The notes under the pieces: generated by a model | What the model was told of the DNA's origin: nothing | Databases searched by the model: none | The model's input: only the letters and a program-made list of their open reading frames with translations | Shown here: piece after piece, positions 1 through 13,938 of the stretch | Position numbering within the stretch: position 1 is the stretch's first letter | Layout: the number at the start of each line of letters is the position of its first letter | Program-made: the position numbers and the translations under genes | From: Octopus sinensis | Lineage: Eukaryota | Length of the DNA stretch: 64,000 nucleotides | Direction of reading: 5' to 3' | NCBI RefSeq assembly: GCF_006345805.1 | Contig: NC_042999.1 | Coordinates: 81,592,001-81,656,000 of the forward strand

Positions 1-1121
1 TCGGTTGCGGCGGAGATGTATTAGAGTTAGTGATGGATTCCAGGATAGATCTCTTGATTTTATAATTTTCACTTCATTCGTTGACTGATGGCTTCGGAAG
101 CAATATTGATGCTCACTCTGTAGTATTATACTATTTTTGTTACTTTTGTTCTTTATGGTACTGGTAAAAATGTTGATGGTCTTTTCATTTGTGTGACTGG
201 TTATTTATTAGTAGCGAAATGCCCAGTGATTTAAGTTTATCTGGAATAATCTGTCAGCTGCTGTAATGTCCTTTGAGATATTAAGGCGATATTGTGTTTT
301 TCTTTCTTTTTTGTTTCCAGACTATACTTAATTGTCTATGATGCACCATTCACACGCTATACACGGTATATATTGTGAGATTTTTGTGAAAGAAGGCACG
401 GTATATCTGGTACAAAACTGATAGTGAATTGAGTGATTTCAATTCTTGCTGTTTGAGATAGTAGTAATGATGGTAGCTGATGTAGGTATAATACTTGTGG
501 CATTGCTGGTACTAGTGTTCAACACGTGGGAGGTGAAAGTGATGCATAGCTATGAATAAAATTTTGAGAATTTTTGTGTTGTGGAGTATGAGGAAAAGTT
601 AATAACAATTATAATACTGGTTATGCAATAGAGTTGCGTAATTACTTCCAAAAATATTACCCATTATTATTAATTAAAATGCAACAAATCAAATGAAAAT
701 CTAATGATAAACGTTGGAAGATTAACTGCGTAAATAATATTTGTTTAATTCATTGAACTGTATCACATGTAAATTATATATTACTGACGTTTGTAGCAAT
801 ATAAGAGCTCATACCTCACGCAAACAAATGTGCCTGGTATTTAGCAACAATGCAAAATCGTGGAAATGAAGCCCGTATCTTTTTGCTGATGAAGAAAATA
901 TGCTTTTAATTTCAAGCATAAAAATACCAAAAGTCGTCCGTGAAATCTAGATAATTTTATATACAGCTACTCGAGGGAAATATTGGCCAATCCCAATGAA
1001 TGACCGGGCTATGATCCTCATGTCACGAATATAACAGTTAAGCGTAACCGCATGATAGGGATGTGTTTATAGTTTATATATTTAAAAAAGTTCCACCCCA
1101 CAAACAGGCTATTATAATATA

Positions 1122-1342
1122 TACGAGATACTGCTGAAAAGTTCTTGGATTTAAGGGCTATCGTGAGAGGTTGGTTGAAAGCGCAAACTTCCGATTTCTT
1201 TTACGGGGTTTAGAAAAATTTAACGACCACTGCAATAATTGTGTGAACCTGAGATGGGAATATGTTGCATAAAATCATAATTAACTTATCCTCTTGCATT
1301 TTCTTTTACCCAAAGCCAGGGGCGCTTGGATACTTCCTCGCA
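1122..1342 (+). mobile_element. Tc1/mariner-derived MITE (decayed)
   Basis: Starts TACGAGATACTGCTGAAAAGTTCTTGGATTT and ends AAAGCCAGGGGCGCTTGGATACTTCCTCGCA (imperfect inverted termini). The interior translates GLEKFNDHCNNCVNLRWEYVA*, like a mariner transposase C-terminus. Confidence 0.65.
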
Positions 1343-1496
1343 TGTGTAAGATTTAAAGGATAACAGGGCTGGTGCATAACGCTAGTTCACAAAAGAGTAA
1401 CTAAAACGGAATGAAATATCATTGAAACGAAATATTTTACAATTAGAGATGCGTGCTTCAAAAGAATCAATATAGTGTACAAAAGTTCACAGTCAT

Positions 1497-1497
1497 G

Positions 1498-1529
<32 letters not shown>

Positions 1530-1640
1530 TGTATGTATGTATGTATGTATGTATGTATGTATGTATGCTTGTATGCATGTATGTATGTATGCGTGTATGT
1601 ATGTATGTGTGTATGTATGTATGTATTTATGTATGTATAA
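1497..1640. repeat. (ATGT)n microsatellite
   Basis: Direct tetranucleotide run; explains the MYVC/HTYI ORFs. Confidence 0.95.
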
Positions 1641-2917
1641 ACCGAAAATCAGTCTTTGATTCGTGTTTCAAGTAGTACTTTAACATGTGCTCTCAGGCTG
1701 TTCTTTTTGAAAACGAGATATATAGATATGCATGTCTCACCTCTAATCCTATATAAGAGATTTTCCATAATGCGTCTACGAAAGAAGTTCCTAATTATTC
1801 TTCGAGCCACAAAAGAAAGCACGGTTGCTTTGAGGATGTTAAAATATGTCACGCATTTTTCCTCAAACGTAAGATATAGTTTCAAACAGAGTAATATGCA
1901 TTTTATGGACATAAATTACCTGATTCACGCTCTATTCAATACATACTACATACCAAATTCCACATGATTTTAAAATACGAAGGAAGATATCCATTTAATT
2001 GACTATGTGAGCTGGTGAATGTTGTAGTTCTCTTTATGGTTATATATTTTTCCAACCATGTTGTCAATAGTACTATATTTTCTTTGCCGAAATGACATTT
2101 TTTTTCTTTTCGTGCGCAATTACATAATTCATGATTTTGTGATTGCTTTTGAATTTTGCCTTTGAAAAACTTATCTTACCTTAGAAACAAAACACTACGT
2201 TTGACAAGAAATTATACATTGAAATTCAAACGAATTTGTTAAAATATATTGTTAAATTAAGACTGCATTTTGGTATACTTAGATATAGGGTAGATTTCCA
2301 GATGGTTCCAGAAAAGTTTCCTGTGTAAAATAAAACCTGTTCACGAAATCATTTATTTCAACTTTACTTGAAACACAGCTAGTAATACCACAATCATCTG
2401 AAGCAGTAATAACAACGATGACATCATTATAAACAACCCTACAAGCCACATCACAGTTAAGCCACTGACTATTGGTGAAATTTATTCTGTCTCATGTTGA
2501 GTGGAGTACTCATTAACTAAAGTTGGCAAACCTCGTAGACATAGTATAGGCTCTCAAAATAAACCCCGGTTGTAAGTAACCGTAATGACACATCTCTTTA
2601 TTGGCACATTCTGTCAAACTTAAATTGGAAATCAATGTGAAATAGGCTGGGTCACCGAAAGGTAGACCAACAGTGCAGGTCGAAATTTAATCCATCCACT
2701 CTCTCCAAAAGTTCAGTGGAAAAACAATATCAGAATACACACCAAAAGAGAAGAAAAACAACTGCTATATCAGAAACAAACAATTATTGCTTTTCACTCT
2801 AAAGCACGGTTTGTGATTCGATATGAAGCACCGTTAAACGGACTTCAGTATCAATACCGCTTAAAACATCCGCCCCACAATAAGAATAAGAATAAAAATA
2901 CAAACAATTTATATCCA

Positions 2918-3297
2918 TAAGAAGCTTCCTTCCCAACTATATGGTTCCAGGTTCAGTCTCACTTTGTGGCATATTGGGCAAGTGTCCTCTTCTATAGCCT
3001 CGGGCCGATCAAAGCCTTGTGAATGGATGTTATAGACGGAAACTGAAAGTAGGCCGTCGTATGTGTGTGTGTGTGTGTCTGTGTGTGCGTGTTTTTGTAT
3101 TTGTGTGTCTGTGTTTGTCCCTATCATCGCCTGACAACCGATGTTGGTGTATTTACGTCCCCGTAACCATGCGGTTCGACAAAAGAGACGATAGAAATAA
3201 TAGGCTTACAAAGAATAAGTTCTGGGATCGCTTTGACTAAATGTGATGCTCCAACATGCCCGCAGTCAAGTGACTAAAACAAGTAAAAGAATAAAAT
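2918..3297 (+). mobile_element. SINE family A (tRNA-type head, internal (TG)n, CR1-like tail)
   Basis: Colinear with 19860-20272 (GGGCAAGTGTC...GACGGAAACTGAAAG...(TG)n...GCTCCAACATGCCCGCAGTC...AAACAAGTAAAAGA); 5' end decayed. Confidence 0.85.
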
Positions 3298-6200
3298 AAT
3301 ACACATATTTATATGTATCTATATATAGATATGCATACTAATATATATATATTTGTATGTATACATAAGTGCGTGTCTGTGTGTGTGCGTGTGTGTGTTT
3401 GTGCGGGGTGAAAAGCATGGCGGAAGTGAGATACGTTCTTGGTCACCACATTTTCACTGTTTAAAGAAAAATTGGAATGGTTCTTAAATGTAAGTGCTGC
3501 GGCATTAACCCCACCATATATGCAGTTGTAACAAGGTAACATGCCATAAGATTCTTGCAAAAACAATAACAAACGAATTCTTGTTACGGATTCAAGCTGA
3601 AATGCAAAGGAGTTACGCAGATTGCAGTGGAATTACAAATATCGTTGCATTTATAGATTATCGCCATCATTTTAATTGTTAACCCTAGAAATGACATGAT
3701 ATACGATTTAATTGACATTGTATTATTTCCTATAAAGATTGATATCCTGACAGTTAATCTGTAATAGCATATTATTCCCGATTTTATCAGTAGTAGACTT
3801 TCTACCTATCACTATGTCATTGACACTCAGCATATATTCAATTTGAATCAATATGATGTTGTATGATATGCCTTATTACCTTCAATGTAATAAAATCTCG
3901 GTTAAGTTTCTGAAGCTGATAAAGCATTCTATCTGATTCTAATATAGGTACAGGCCTGGGGTTAGCACAGGAAAATAATCAAATGCCTAGGTCCCTGTGC
4001 TTGATCGCAACTTTTATTAATACCGAAGTCAAGCATAGTAAATTCATCTCCTCATGAATCAAACACAGAAAGTAAACAGGTGCAAAAAAACTGCAGGGCA
4101 TTTTGTCCGACGTGCAAATACATTTCCTCCACTAATAAAACTAATTATAATATAAATATCTCACTCAAATACGAAGGCTTGGATATAAACTTCCCATCAT
4201 AAATTTTTGGAACTACAGATAACCATAATGTTGAACTATAAAAGAAATTTTTATTCGCTTAATAACCACAGATTTTACAATAAAATAAAAGAACGATTAC
4301 GAAGAAAGCAACATATAAATATGAGAATTCACACAGATTCACAACATATAAAAATTGCTCTAGACATTTTGCATATATTGCAAAACTACAGAAGTTTGTC
4401 AAAATTACAGAAAATCACTTGAAAATAAAACCGATCCCCAAACTAATAATGAAAATAACACAAATCATGTTTATAAGAACGTTAGAAAATTCTTTACAAA
4501 TGCACATGATTAATCGTTATATTGTTGCTAACGTAGATTCGAATTTTAGGCCGCGTAAAGTACTGTTACCCTAAGAACGAGGCGGCTATTTACTCAAATA
4601 AAAATGAGTACCAGTTCAATGCTGCTGCAGCCCTTTCTCGGTTTAGTTGTCATATTCTGGTTGTTCTGCAGGTTTATGTGAGTGATAGTCGAGAGTGTTG
4701 CAATGCTTACTCGCAAATATATCGACACTTCAAACAATTAGCGAAAGCATTGTAGAACTTATCAGATTATTCACGTTGGCGAGGAATATCGAAGTAATAT
4801 TTGAATATAAGTGTCATTGTAAAAATTGTTTGTCGTAATTACATAGGCCTGTTATGTTATCTAACGCATTCAGTTTTGTTGTTTCCTCATTAGACAGTGA
4901 AAAAATCCAAACCTTGCGCATAGATTCTGTATAGAGATATATGTTAAATCGACAGGTGAAGTGCATCATTTCCTGTTTCAATTAAATGGTTTCTTAATTT
5001 TGAAGTGCAAATAAACTCAGACACATTACACTAAGTAGCATAAGAAAATATAAAATTACTAATCTTACTTTTTAACGACTCATTTAGTAGACGTCTACTT
5101 AGTACGAGACGGACTTATTGGTTTCTAAACACTTGGCAACTTTGGTAGAACATAAATATGATCAGATGCTTTTTTTTACAAAATAAACTTTAGCAGTTCT
5201 TTTTCTTATTCCTCAATTTCATTCTCCTCCGATATTCTATTTTATTCTTTTTCTTATTTATAAGAGGTATAAGGCGCTCTTAAATCATGAATTTAGAAAA
5301 ATCTTATACATCCTTCTAATGATCACATAACAGCTGGAATATATAAGGATTCACAGACATAGGTTGATTAATTTCGTAGCTGGATAAATAAAAAGATGCT
5401 TCCTTACTTCAGATGGAAGGGCTTAGATTTGAAGAATTTATTCATGATGTCTCAATGTATGGTCTAGATATCACAGTTTAGCTCTTTGACTCGAATACTT
5501 ATTTGAAGAACTTATGTCCGTTCATTAAGTTCGAAAATATTCGTCAAAGTCAATAGAATGCTAAGGAAAGCATTTGAAACTTTGAGAACTAATACTACAT
5601 AAAAAAAAAACACAAAACTTTATAAACACCATCAAAAACAAAGAAATATTGCAAATATATGAACCCATGTAATCATGCATGATCTTGTAAAATTTAAAAT
5701 TTGCGCAACAGAAACTTGTGAAAGAAATTCAAGTGGAGTGAACATCAATACGTATTTGGCTAAAATGGTGTAAATTGCAAAATTGTAACAGAATCAAACA
5801 ATTGTTACTTACAGCTCTTTACATTTCAAATCTCATTACCATTGCAGCCAGTTTTCTCTTTCATTTTCCAAGATCGATAAATAAATTACTACTAATATAC
5901 TAGATTTATTTAATCGTCTACCTGTAGACGAAGTTAGAAATCTATATGCATACTCTTTTATCCAGAAGAAATGTTATTGTACTAATAATGTTTGCGACTG
6001 AATGCTAGAAACTTAAGCGAGGAAAAAAATAACGCAATTTTAAACTCTATGAACAGAATGAGGTGCGTTAATGAATTTTGTGAATGGGCCTAAGAGGTTT
6101 TGTTTCAAGATCTATGTATACCTTATACCCTTTTCTCAAGCTAATCAGTCTACTGGAGGCAAAGCATCTCACAAGGAAGAGTGAGCAACGAATTTTTCAT

Positions 6201-7495
6201 TAGTTTCCAGTTCTGTATGACAGTAAACGAGTTTGAATTTTCAAAAAATTTTCATTTCATAAGAGAATATGAAGACAACGATAATTGCGTAGAATGTACA
6301 AAGAGAAAAGAAAAACCTTTAATAAAAAGGGAATTGCACGCATACACTCTTGTATCAGCAGTTCTGTTCTCACAAATTGATTCTAATTGCAGGGCTATGA
6401 GTCAAGCACAGAGGTATCGGAAGTAGGAGAGACTAGCGCGAACAAATGTTAGAAGATTATTGAGGAATTCCAAATTGCACACCAAACAAATCTGAAGTGA
6501 AGGAGCTTCGTTCAAATCAAGAACTGCTAAGACATACTTGCCAAATATGATAATATATTCAGGGTTAATATAGAATATAATGGTAATGTTCCAACTGAGA
6601 GAACAAACCAGTTCATTTACAGAATGTGTTTTGCAGCAAGATTTTGAAGTAAACACAAAGTAGTGAAAATATAAATTACATGTTTGTGTGTGTATGTGTG
6701 TGTGTGTATATATATGTATGTGTGTGTGTGTGTGCGTGCGTATACATATACACACACTACTATATATGGACAGAGAGGGAGAGAATGGAGTTAGTAACAG
6801 GATTCATTAAAATTTCGCCGTATCACCACGTGGGACGCCAGGAGTCGCGTAAGGATAAAATTAACGCAAATGGGGTTTAAAATTGTACAACTACCAACGT
6901 TTGTTGGATAGGTCGTCCTCAAGGTTTTCTTTGCCTATTTATGTTATACCTGTTTAAAATTTTACCTGAGAATGGTTGAATTTTGCTCTGATGTAATTTG
7001 TGAGTACATTAATAAAATTGAACCGAGCCATCCGTAGTAAATTTTAGACTCCATTAGTGTATGTGGATATATATAATATTTTATAAGCTTAAAGCTTATA
7101 GGTGATCACCGTGTATTGACCAAGGTAAATAGTTTACTATTTGAGCATATCGGGTTCACACTTTATTTTTTCTAATTTTCGAAAGTTTAACTTTTGTAAG
7201 TTCCCACTACAACCGTGCGCTAATGTCATTTTGCAAACTTCTTTGCGCCGTAACTTAAGGCTGATACGGTTGACTGAATGTGTCTAGTTCATGCATATAT
7301 GCATACAAACAGACCATAGCCATTCAACCGCAGGACTACATATAAGCAACTCCCGTCCACATTACCACTTCACTGGTTAATCTGAGAGAGACTTGATAGC
7401 TTTGGTCTCTGACTAGGCAGAGTGTATGCTATAAACAGTGCACACATTACATGCGTTATATATATATATATATATATATACATGTGTGTGTGTGC

Positions 7496-7527
<32 letters not shown>

Positions 7528-8036
7528 CTGCGTGAGTTGTGTCAATATGCATACTTGTCTCCGCGCGTTTGGAAAAAGGAGACCACTGGAAATTTCACAG
7601 GAATAACAGCTCAAGAAGAGTGCTTCTATAAATTTATTTAATAAGTTAGAGTTGGTTACTAAATCGCCGTTACAATAATACTTCCATAATATAATTCTAT
7701 ATTTCTGAGATGAGGAATTCATATTATGTGTCTATATTAGACAGACTGGTGCCCCGCCTTGATTACTGATTTCACTACCCTTCGGCTGCTGTATGCTCAA
7801 ATCTTCCGAGAAGGCTGGAGCGTACAACAGCCGGAATGATTTGAAAGCAACAATCAAAATAAGGACGCCAGTCCGACTAATATAAATCGTATACTCGATA
7901 CCTCGTATAAGACCCTAAGGAAAAAATAAATAAATCAAATAATTTCTCCCAACATAAAATCGATTCGTAAGGCATTTATTATTCTTATAAATTATTGATT
8001 TACTTAATAAAGATAAATTCCTTGTAATACAAACAG

Positions 8037-8147
8037 CAATATGACGACTACGTTGAAGTGATATATTGCAGTTTGCAGCACCGGAAGTTACACTCCACCT
8101 ACTTAGCCATCTTCAATGAGTATCTGTCGAATGTAAATGTTTTGATG
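8037..8147 (+). CDS. candidate internal coding exon, product unknown
   Basis: AAACAG| 111 nt open frame QYDDYVEVIYCSLQHRKLHSTYLAIFNEYLSNVNVLM |GTAAGT, phase 0-0. No homology recognised, weak polypyrimidine tract, no compatible neighbouring exon found. Confidence 0.25.
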
Positions 8148-10955
8148 GTAAGTCAACTGAATGTCCATTTGTAAATAATTGAAATTATCATAAAATTTTA
8201 GGAATAATTCAACACAAAAAATAGGTGGAAATTCGAGTGCGAACACAAATCAATGATGGCTATAGCTAAATATTTAGTCTCTCTAGAGGCTTTCTCAGAA
8301 TTAAGAAAAAGTGTAAGAAACGCGAGCAAATGTTCCTTTACATTTTCCTATAATCTGTTGAATGTATTTGCCAATTATTCCTCCAATTAAATCATGCAGT
8401 GAGAAAGGGCACATGGAATATTGCATTTTACCCTATATGCAACCCAATAGGATGGTCATTTGTGCAATCCCTGTGAGCATAAATATGATTACTCAAGATT
8501 CACTCAAAACTACAGAAAACAGTTTGAGAACATATCAAAGTCTTCGCTTGGAAATAAATATTAGGACTAGTGTAGAAGATGCACTCAACGGTCAATTTCA
8601 ATTTCGCTTTTTGATTGGCAGTATTAATAAATAATTTGTGCAATTTCACAACTCTCAAGTGAAGAAAGTGCTATAAAAATATGTAACACATTTAACAACA
8701 CTTTAGTACAGAAGATAAAGTTTATGCCATGGATTTCCTACACAGAAGTTAAATCCACGGAAACCAAGACGACAGGAGCAAATGCACTATGATTCTGATG
8801 TTCTCTGGTGAAATGATTAATTAACGCTATGGCTGAAGTAAAAATTAGGAGTAAGATTGCATAGTATGCATTTATTGGGAAAGGTAAATACAAGTACCAT
8901 GTTAGAATTTTTTTTTTTCTTCTGAAATATTACCAAGAGAAATTACGTCTAATGTAAATTTTATCTAAAGGCTGTTCCATTACATCATTAAGAACGAATT
9001 CAGTGTGGATCATCGAACAGAAATGAATAGAAAGTTTACAACAAAGAAACTACATACCACTATGAGAGAAGACACACACAAGCGCACGCGTCCACACATT
9101 AGATACATATATACATATTACACACAAACACACACACACAGATACAATTTATAAAATTCGTTTACTGCGCATATCTCTCTATTATGTCCATATCTCTCTA
9201 TTGTATCCACTGCTGTGGGAGTTCATAAAGCATTTGGAGGCAGATCCACGACGGTTCTTCGGATAAACACTTCTTAGGTTATACTTACGCAGAGCGAATG
9301 TCTATGTTAACATCATGTGATCAAGTGTTCGATTGAAGTACTGTTGTGTATCTGCATATGAAGGTAATTTCAACACCCACAATAGCTAAAAGTCTGTAAA
9401 TAAATGGTATAAACTGTATTTTTTGTCAGTCATAGTTTTTCCCATGTTTGTTGTGTATATCATAATCTCTAGTGAAGAAAGATTTTACTAAATTCGAGCT
9501 GGTCAAAACGCAGCATGCACAGGTAAGACGTACTTTGAGAAAGAGAATTAACTCTTGAGGTTATTAGTTGGAAATAGAGCCGTCATCTACAGTGAAATCT
9601 GACAACATAAATCACCTGAAACCATACTGTAAGTTTTGAAATCAAGTTGTATCTAACATACATTTGCGACCTGATTATGGTAACAACAACTATAGTAGTA
9701 TAAGCGAAAATCTGTCCAAGTAGCTGTCGTTCGAAAATGCGCATGAAATAGAATAAAACTATCATATAACTAAAAGCTATGTCAACCCTGTAGTTGTTCT
9801 GAATTGAATTTCTCTTGCAGGTCAATTGCTTGTCTTCAGATCTCTCAGAAAGCATACGGAAGTAATAGAGTTTATCCGGAAAATGGAGATTATTTGAGAT
9901 ATCTGTTATGTTATCTGAAGCGATCATAATCATAGACATATGTTTGTGTGTGCGCGTGCGTGTGTACATGTGCGTGCATGTATGTGTATGTGTCTCACGT
10001 GTTTTTACTAGCTAAATACAGCCTCTTCAATCGAATTGTTAAAGAAAATAAAAAACTAAATATATCGTTGACTGTTTGTCCGCGCTTCCAGACCCCAGAA
10101 TACTTATTCCTCACCTGAAATACAATGGCTATTGTTTCCATGTCGCTGTGACCATTGTTTTTATTGTTGTTGTCTATTCAGCTGGTTTGAGTGTTTCGCT
10201 ATATATTTTGGGTTGTTGCTTAATCTCAGTTGCAAATCTTCTGTTTTCTAGGAGACGGACAGCTAGTATCACTGGTCAAACCACCTTTCCGTTTGATCGT
10301 TGCATTCATGCATTCATACGTGGCGACTGATTTTTATCTCCCACCCACGCTTAGATTCTATTAACTCTTGTAATTGAAATAATTAAGGAATCCAGAAAAG
10401 TACGCAGCTGTAACCAGCATTTAAACAATGAGCCAAATTACAGCCTTATTCTTCTGAGTAGTTGAAATGTATCCTTTCCCGTCTCTATTGCTCTTTTACC
10501 ATTCGTTTCATGCTCCACTATATGAAGTGACGTCATCTCAGTTTACTCCTATTGTTGTTTTCATGGCAATAATGCTGTCACTTCCAGAGGAGACATCACT
10601 GACGTTCTTTGCTCTGGTTTCTCTTTTTCTCCTTCTAATATTCTCTATTTATTTCGATCTTTCTCACATTCCTCTTTATCAAATGTTATTATTCATTGAC
10701 AAGTGTCGTTTCTTTTCCGCAAATATGACATTTTGACAATGACATATTTTAAACCAGTGTTTCGCTTGGTGAAGGAACTGTAGAAAAAAGATCGCAATGA
10801 AAGGCAAGGCATTACGTTTTCTAAAGGATTATCAATACAAATCAACGAAAACTGACACGTCTCCAGGAAAATCATAATTCTTTTTTTTTTTTTAAGTTAA
10901 GGCACCTACTTGGAACGCCGCCACCAAGACGGAGTTCAACAACAACAATAGCAAC

Positions 10956-10989
<34 letters not shown>

Positions 10990-11029
10990 ACAACAACAAC
11001 GACAACAGCGGTAATAGTAATGGCTTTAA

Positions 11030-11200
11030 ATTTTGGCAAAGGGCAAGCAGATTTTGAAGTGTGGGTGAAGTCGATTACGTGCATCTCAGTACTGGAATAA
11101 TGCTTGTTTCATTAACCCCGAAACTGTGAATGACAAAGGTGATCTCAACGGAATTTGAACTCAGAAGGTGAAGACCGACGAAAATGCCGCCAAGCAATTT
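11030..11200 (-). mobile_element. SINE family D fragment
   Basis: Matches 60031-60422 (TTTTGGCAAAGG...GTCGATTAC...GGAATTTGAACTCAGAA...GACGAAAATGCC). Confidence 0.65.
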
Positions 11201-11374
11201 CTTCTGTGTGGGTCATACACTTCTCTCAATACGCAGCAGAATTCAAGGTCAATCTGCGCCAAGCAGTTTACTCTGAGTGCTTCAGCTTCGTTACTACAGC
11301 AGCGGTCTGGATACTTATTGATCAGACCGCGTATATACACACACACACACATATAATACGCTGGGTGGATCTGA

Positions 11375-11439
<65 letters not shown>

Positions 11440-11877
11440 CGGAGAGAGAGAAGATAAGGGATTTAGTTCACTGGTGATCTAAAAGGATAGGAAGTGATAT
11501 AACTGGTCACTCGTTATCTTCGAAGTTCACATTTGAAGTAGTAATCCGTATTGGGCTTACGTGTTAGCAGGTATATAGTATATTAGGGCGAAAAGGACAA
11601 CAAAAACTAAGGCAGACCGAATATTTCAAGTCGTGCAGAATAATTTAATTCGGGTAAATTTGAAATCTGACAGCTGTTTCTGGGATATCGCAAGTGATTT
11701 GCTAGCATGTCCGGGCACTGGATATTTCGTCGTCAGCGTCAAGTTGAGTATGTATAAATGTTCTAGATAGGGAAATTCACAGTCTATAAGGATTAAAATT
11801 TTAGAATAAGGAGTAAAGTAGATAGAAGAATACAGACAGGAGAATAATGTTCACAGCTCATCTTTTTCCAGAGGGCA

Positions 11878-11921
11878 TGGAGGTTAGTCCGTACTTCCGA
11901 GAAGGTACGGACCAACCTCCA
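11878..11921. repeat. isolated GC-rich hairpin
   Basis: TGGAGGTTAGTCCGTAC-TTCCGAGAAG-GTACGGACCAACCTCCA: 17-bp arms with one mismatch. Confidence 0.85.
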
Positions 11922-12119
11922 GACTAATTAAGTTATTATATATGACTTGAGATGCTCGTCTCATTAGTGCTTGGTGTCTTTCTGTTTTGCTTTATTTCTT
12001 TTTTTGTTTTCCTAACCCATTCTGCTGTTTTCTTTGTCTCATACTGATCAAAGGTATTTCCATGTAATATATTCTGATAATGAAATTAATTTTCTCCTTT
12101 TTCTCCTTGGTAAATCTAA

Positions 12120-12219
<100 letters not shown>

Positions 12220-12221
12220 TA

Positions 12222-12268
12222 TAAAGGAATTTTGTTGACATCTTCGTTCAACTTCATTTATTTATTTA

Positions 12269-12275
<7 letters not shown>
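12222..12275 (+). mobile_element. 54-bp PLE tail fragment between (TA)n tracts
   Basis: TAAAGGAATTTTGTTGACATCTTCGTTCAACTTCATTTATTTATTTATTCATAT nearly equals the reverse complement of 18616-18669, the tail after the hammerhead at 18662-18759. Confidence 0.75.
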
Positions 12276-12307
<32 letters not shown>

Positions 12308-13772
12308 TTTTTTGTTCCTTGTTTCATCTCAGAGCTGCGGCCATGCTGATGCACCGCCGTCTTGTGCTACACTGTTATTGCGAAGAACCTCGTTTAATAT
12401 GTGGCACTTGGTGAAGAATGGAGTTTGATATAGCTACTCTCATTTGCACCTCTTGCCGTGAGGTTGGTTCATCTGGAACTCTCGACAGGAAGATGTCCAG
12501 CTATGATTTAAAAACCGCGACATCTACTTTGTGGAAGTTCCTCAGACTCTTTGGGAGAATATTAAAAAGCTGTGGGCCCTTGAAACCCAGGCTGTTGCAC
12601 TAACTGGTCCTGAAGCGTGATGGCATTGCTGGGATATTTGGCACTATGCAGTGTCGTCCCGTTCTAGCATTGGTGCAGCTTACAATGCCAAAATTTGGCA
12701 CAATTCCTTCCAGGATCTTCCAGACATATATTATTGCATACCTCTCCCGTCTTCTCTCCAAGGAGTAGAGCCCTAGCTTTTTCAACCTTTCCCAGTAGCT
12801 GAGCTGTTGCAAAGAGACGATCTTCTTTGTGAATCTTCTCTGGATTGCTTCAAGGTCCGCTGTTAATTTTACGCTGGTGGGTGACCATAGCTGTGAGCAG
12901 TAATCCAGGCGGCTGAGGACGAATGTCCGCCAGAGGACCATCATGGTTTCCTTATCTCTGGTTCTGAATGTTCTTAGGATCCACCCAGCCAGTCGTCTGC
13001 ACTTTGTCGCCATCCTGGTAATGTGCACTTGGAAAGAGGTATCATCACTCATCTCGATACCCAGGTCCCTCACAGACTTAGGCACTGGGATTGAAATTCC
13101 CTGTGGACCGGTGTATCCTGTAAGTTTAATATTCAGTTTTGGATGCTGGTAGCTCAGGGCCTGGAATTTTTCAGCATTAAACTGCATATTATTATCCTCA
13201 GCCCATCTGTAGATTGAGTCAAACTCCTGCTGCAGGTGTGCAACATCGCTGGGGTTCTGTATTTTCTGCGAGACTTTCGTATCGTCTGCATAGCTGGCCA
13301 GTGTGACTATCCGGGCATTTGAGCGCATATCTGAGAGGGCCACTATAAAAAGCAGTGTTCCCAAGACAGTGCCCTGTGTGTTCATGGAGGTGGCTCCATT
13401 AACCACTACTGCCTGACTCCTATCTTTCAGGAAGTCATGTAACCACACTCCAAGTTTTCCAGCTATGCCGAGGTCACGCAGTTTGTGGCATATCATACCA
13501 TGATCCACCTTGTCAAAAGCTTTTGCAAAATCAAGGTAGATTACATCCACATTTGATTTGTTGAGTAACTGCCTCAACACCCAGTCATAATGTTGTAAGA
13601 GCTGGGTCAGCAGCTCCTACCTGGTCGAAAACCATGCTGGGCATCACTCAGCAAGTTATTTTCCTCAAGGAATGCGATTAGTTTCTTTCTGAATATCCGT
13701 TCATGACTTTGCTGATGTGTGAAGTCAGAGAGATAGGCCTATAGTGTTTGGCATCTGCTCTACTTCCCCCTT
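12308..13772 (-). pseudogene. 5'-truncated CR1/L2-group non-LTR retrotransposon, reverse transcriptase pseudogene
   Basis: YRPISLTS, QHGFRPGRSC, YLDFAKAFDKVDH, QGTVLG, YADD, LDYCSQLWSP, LYSLERRRERY motifs. Frameshifts near 13620-13710, a deletion before QGTVLG and a premature stop at 12600. The 3' tail ends in an A-run then (TA)n. Confidence 0.92.
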
Positions 13773-13887
13773 TATGTGTATATATATATATATATATATA
13801 TGTAGGTCCCGGGTTGATTCGGGGTTAACCACAGTAAATAAGGTACTCAATACATAGCAGAGTAAAATTAATTTATTATATAGAAGG

Positions 13888-13938
13888 AGCTTCTACAGGA
13901 CTAGAACTGTTTCATTCAAGAGAAATCTTCAGGAAGCT
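13888..13938 (-). ncRNA. type I hammerhead ribozyme motif (family 1)
   Basis: Exact reverse complement of 18536-18586. Confidence 0.72.

Noticed and set aside
420-560. Thr/Ser-rich minus-strand frame (mucin-like)
   Set aside because: It is short, closed by stops and low in complexity, with no splice support.
880-955. CTGATGA ... GAAATCTAGATA with palindromic ATCTAGAT
   Set aside because: Neither stem I nor the base of stem II pairs, so it is not a credible hammerhead.
7210-7275. CAACCGTG...ACGGTTG resembling the module at 19198, 36290 and 49064
   Set aside because: Only the closing stem matches; the interior and flanking motifs do not align convincingly.
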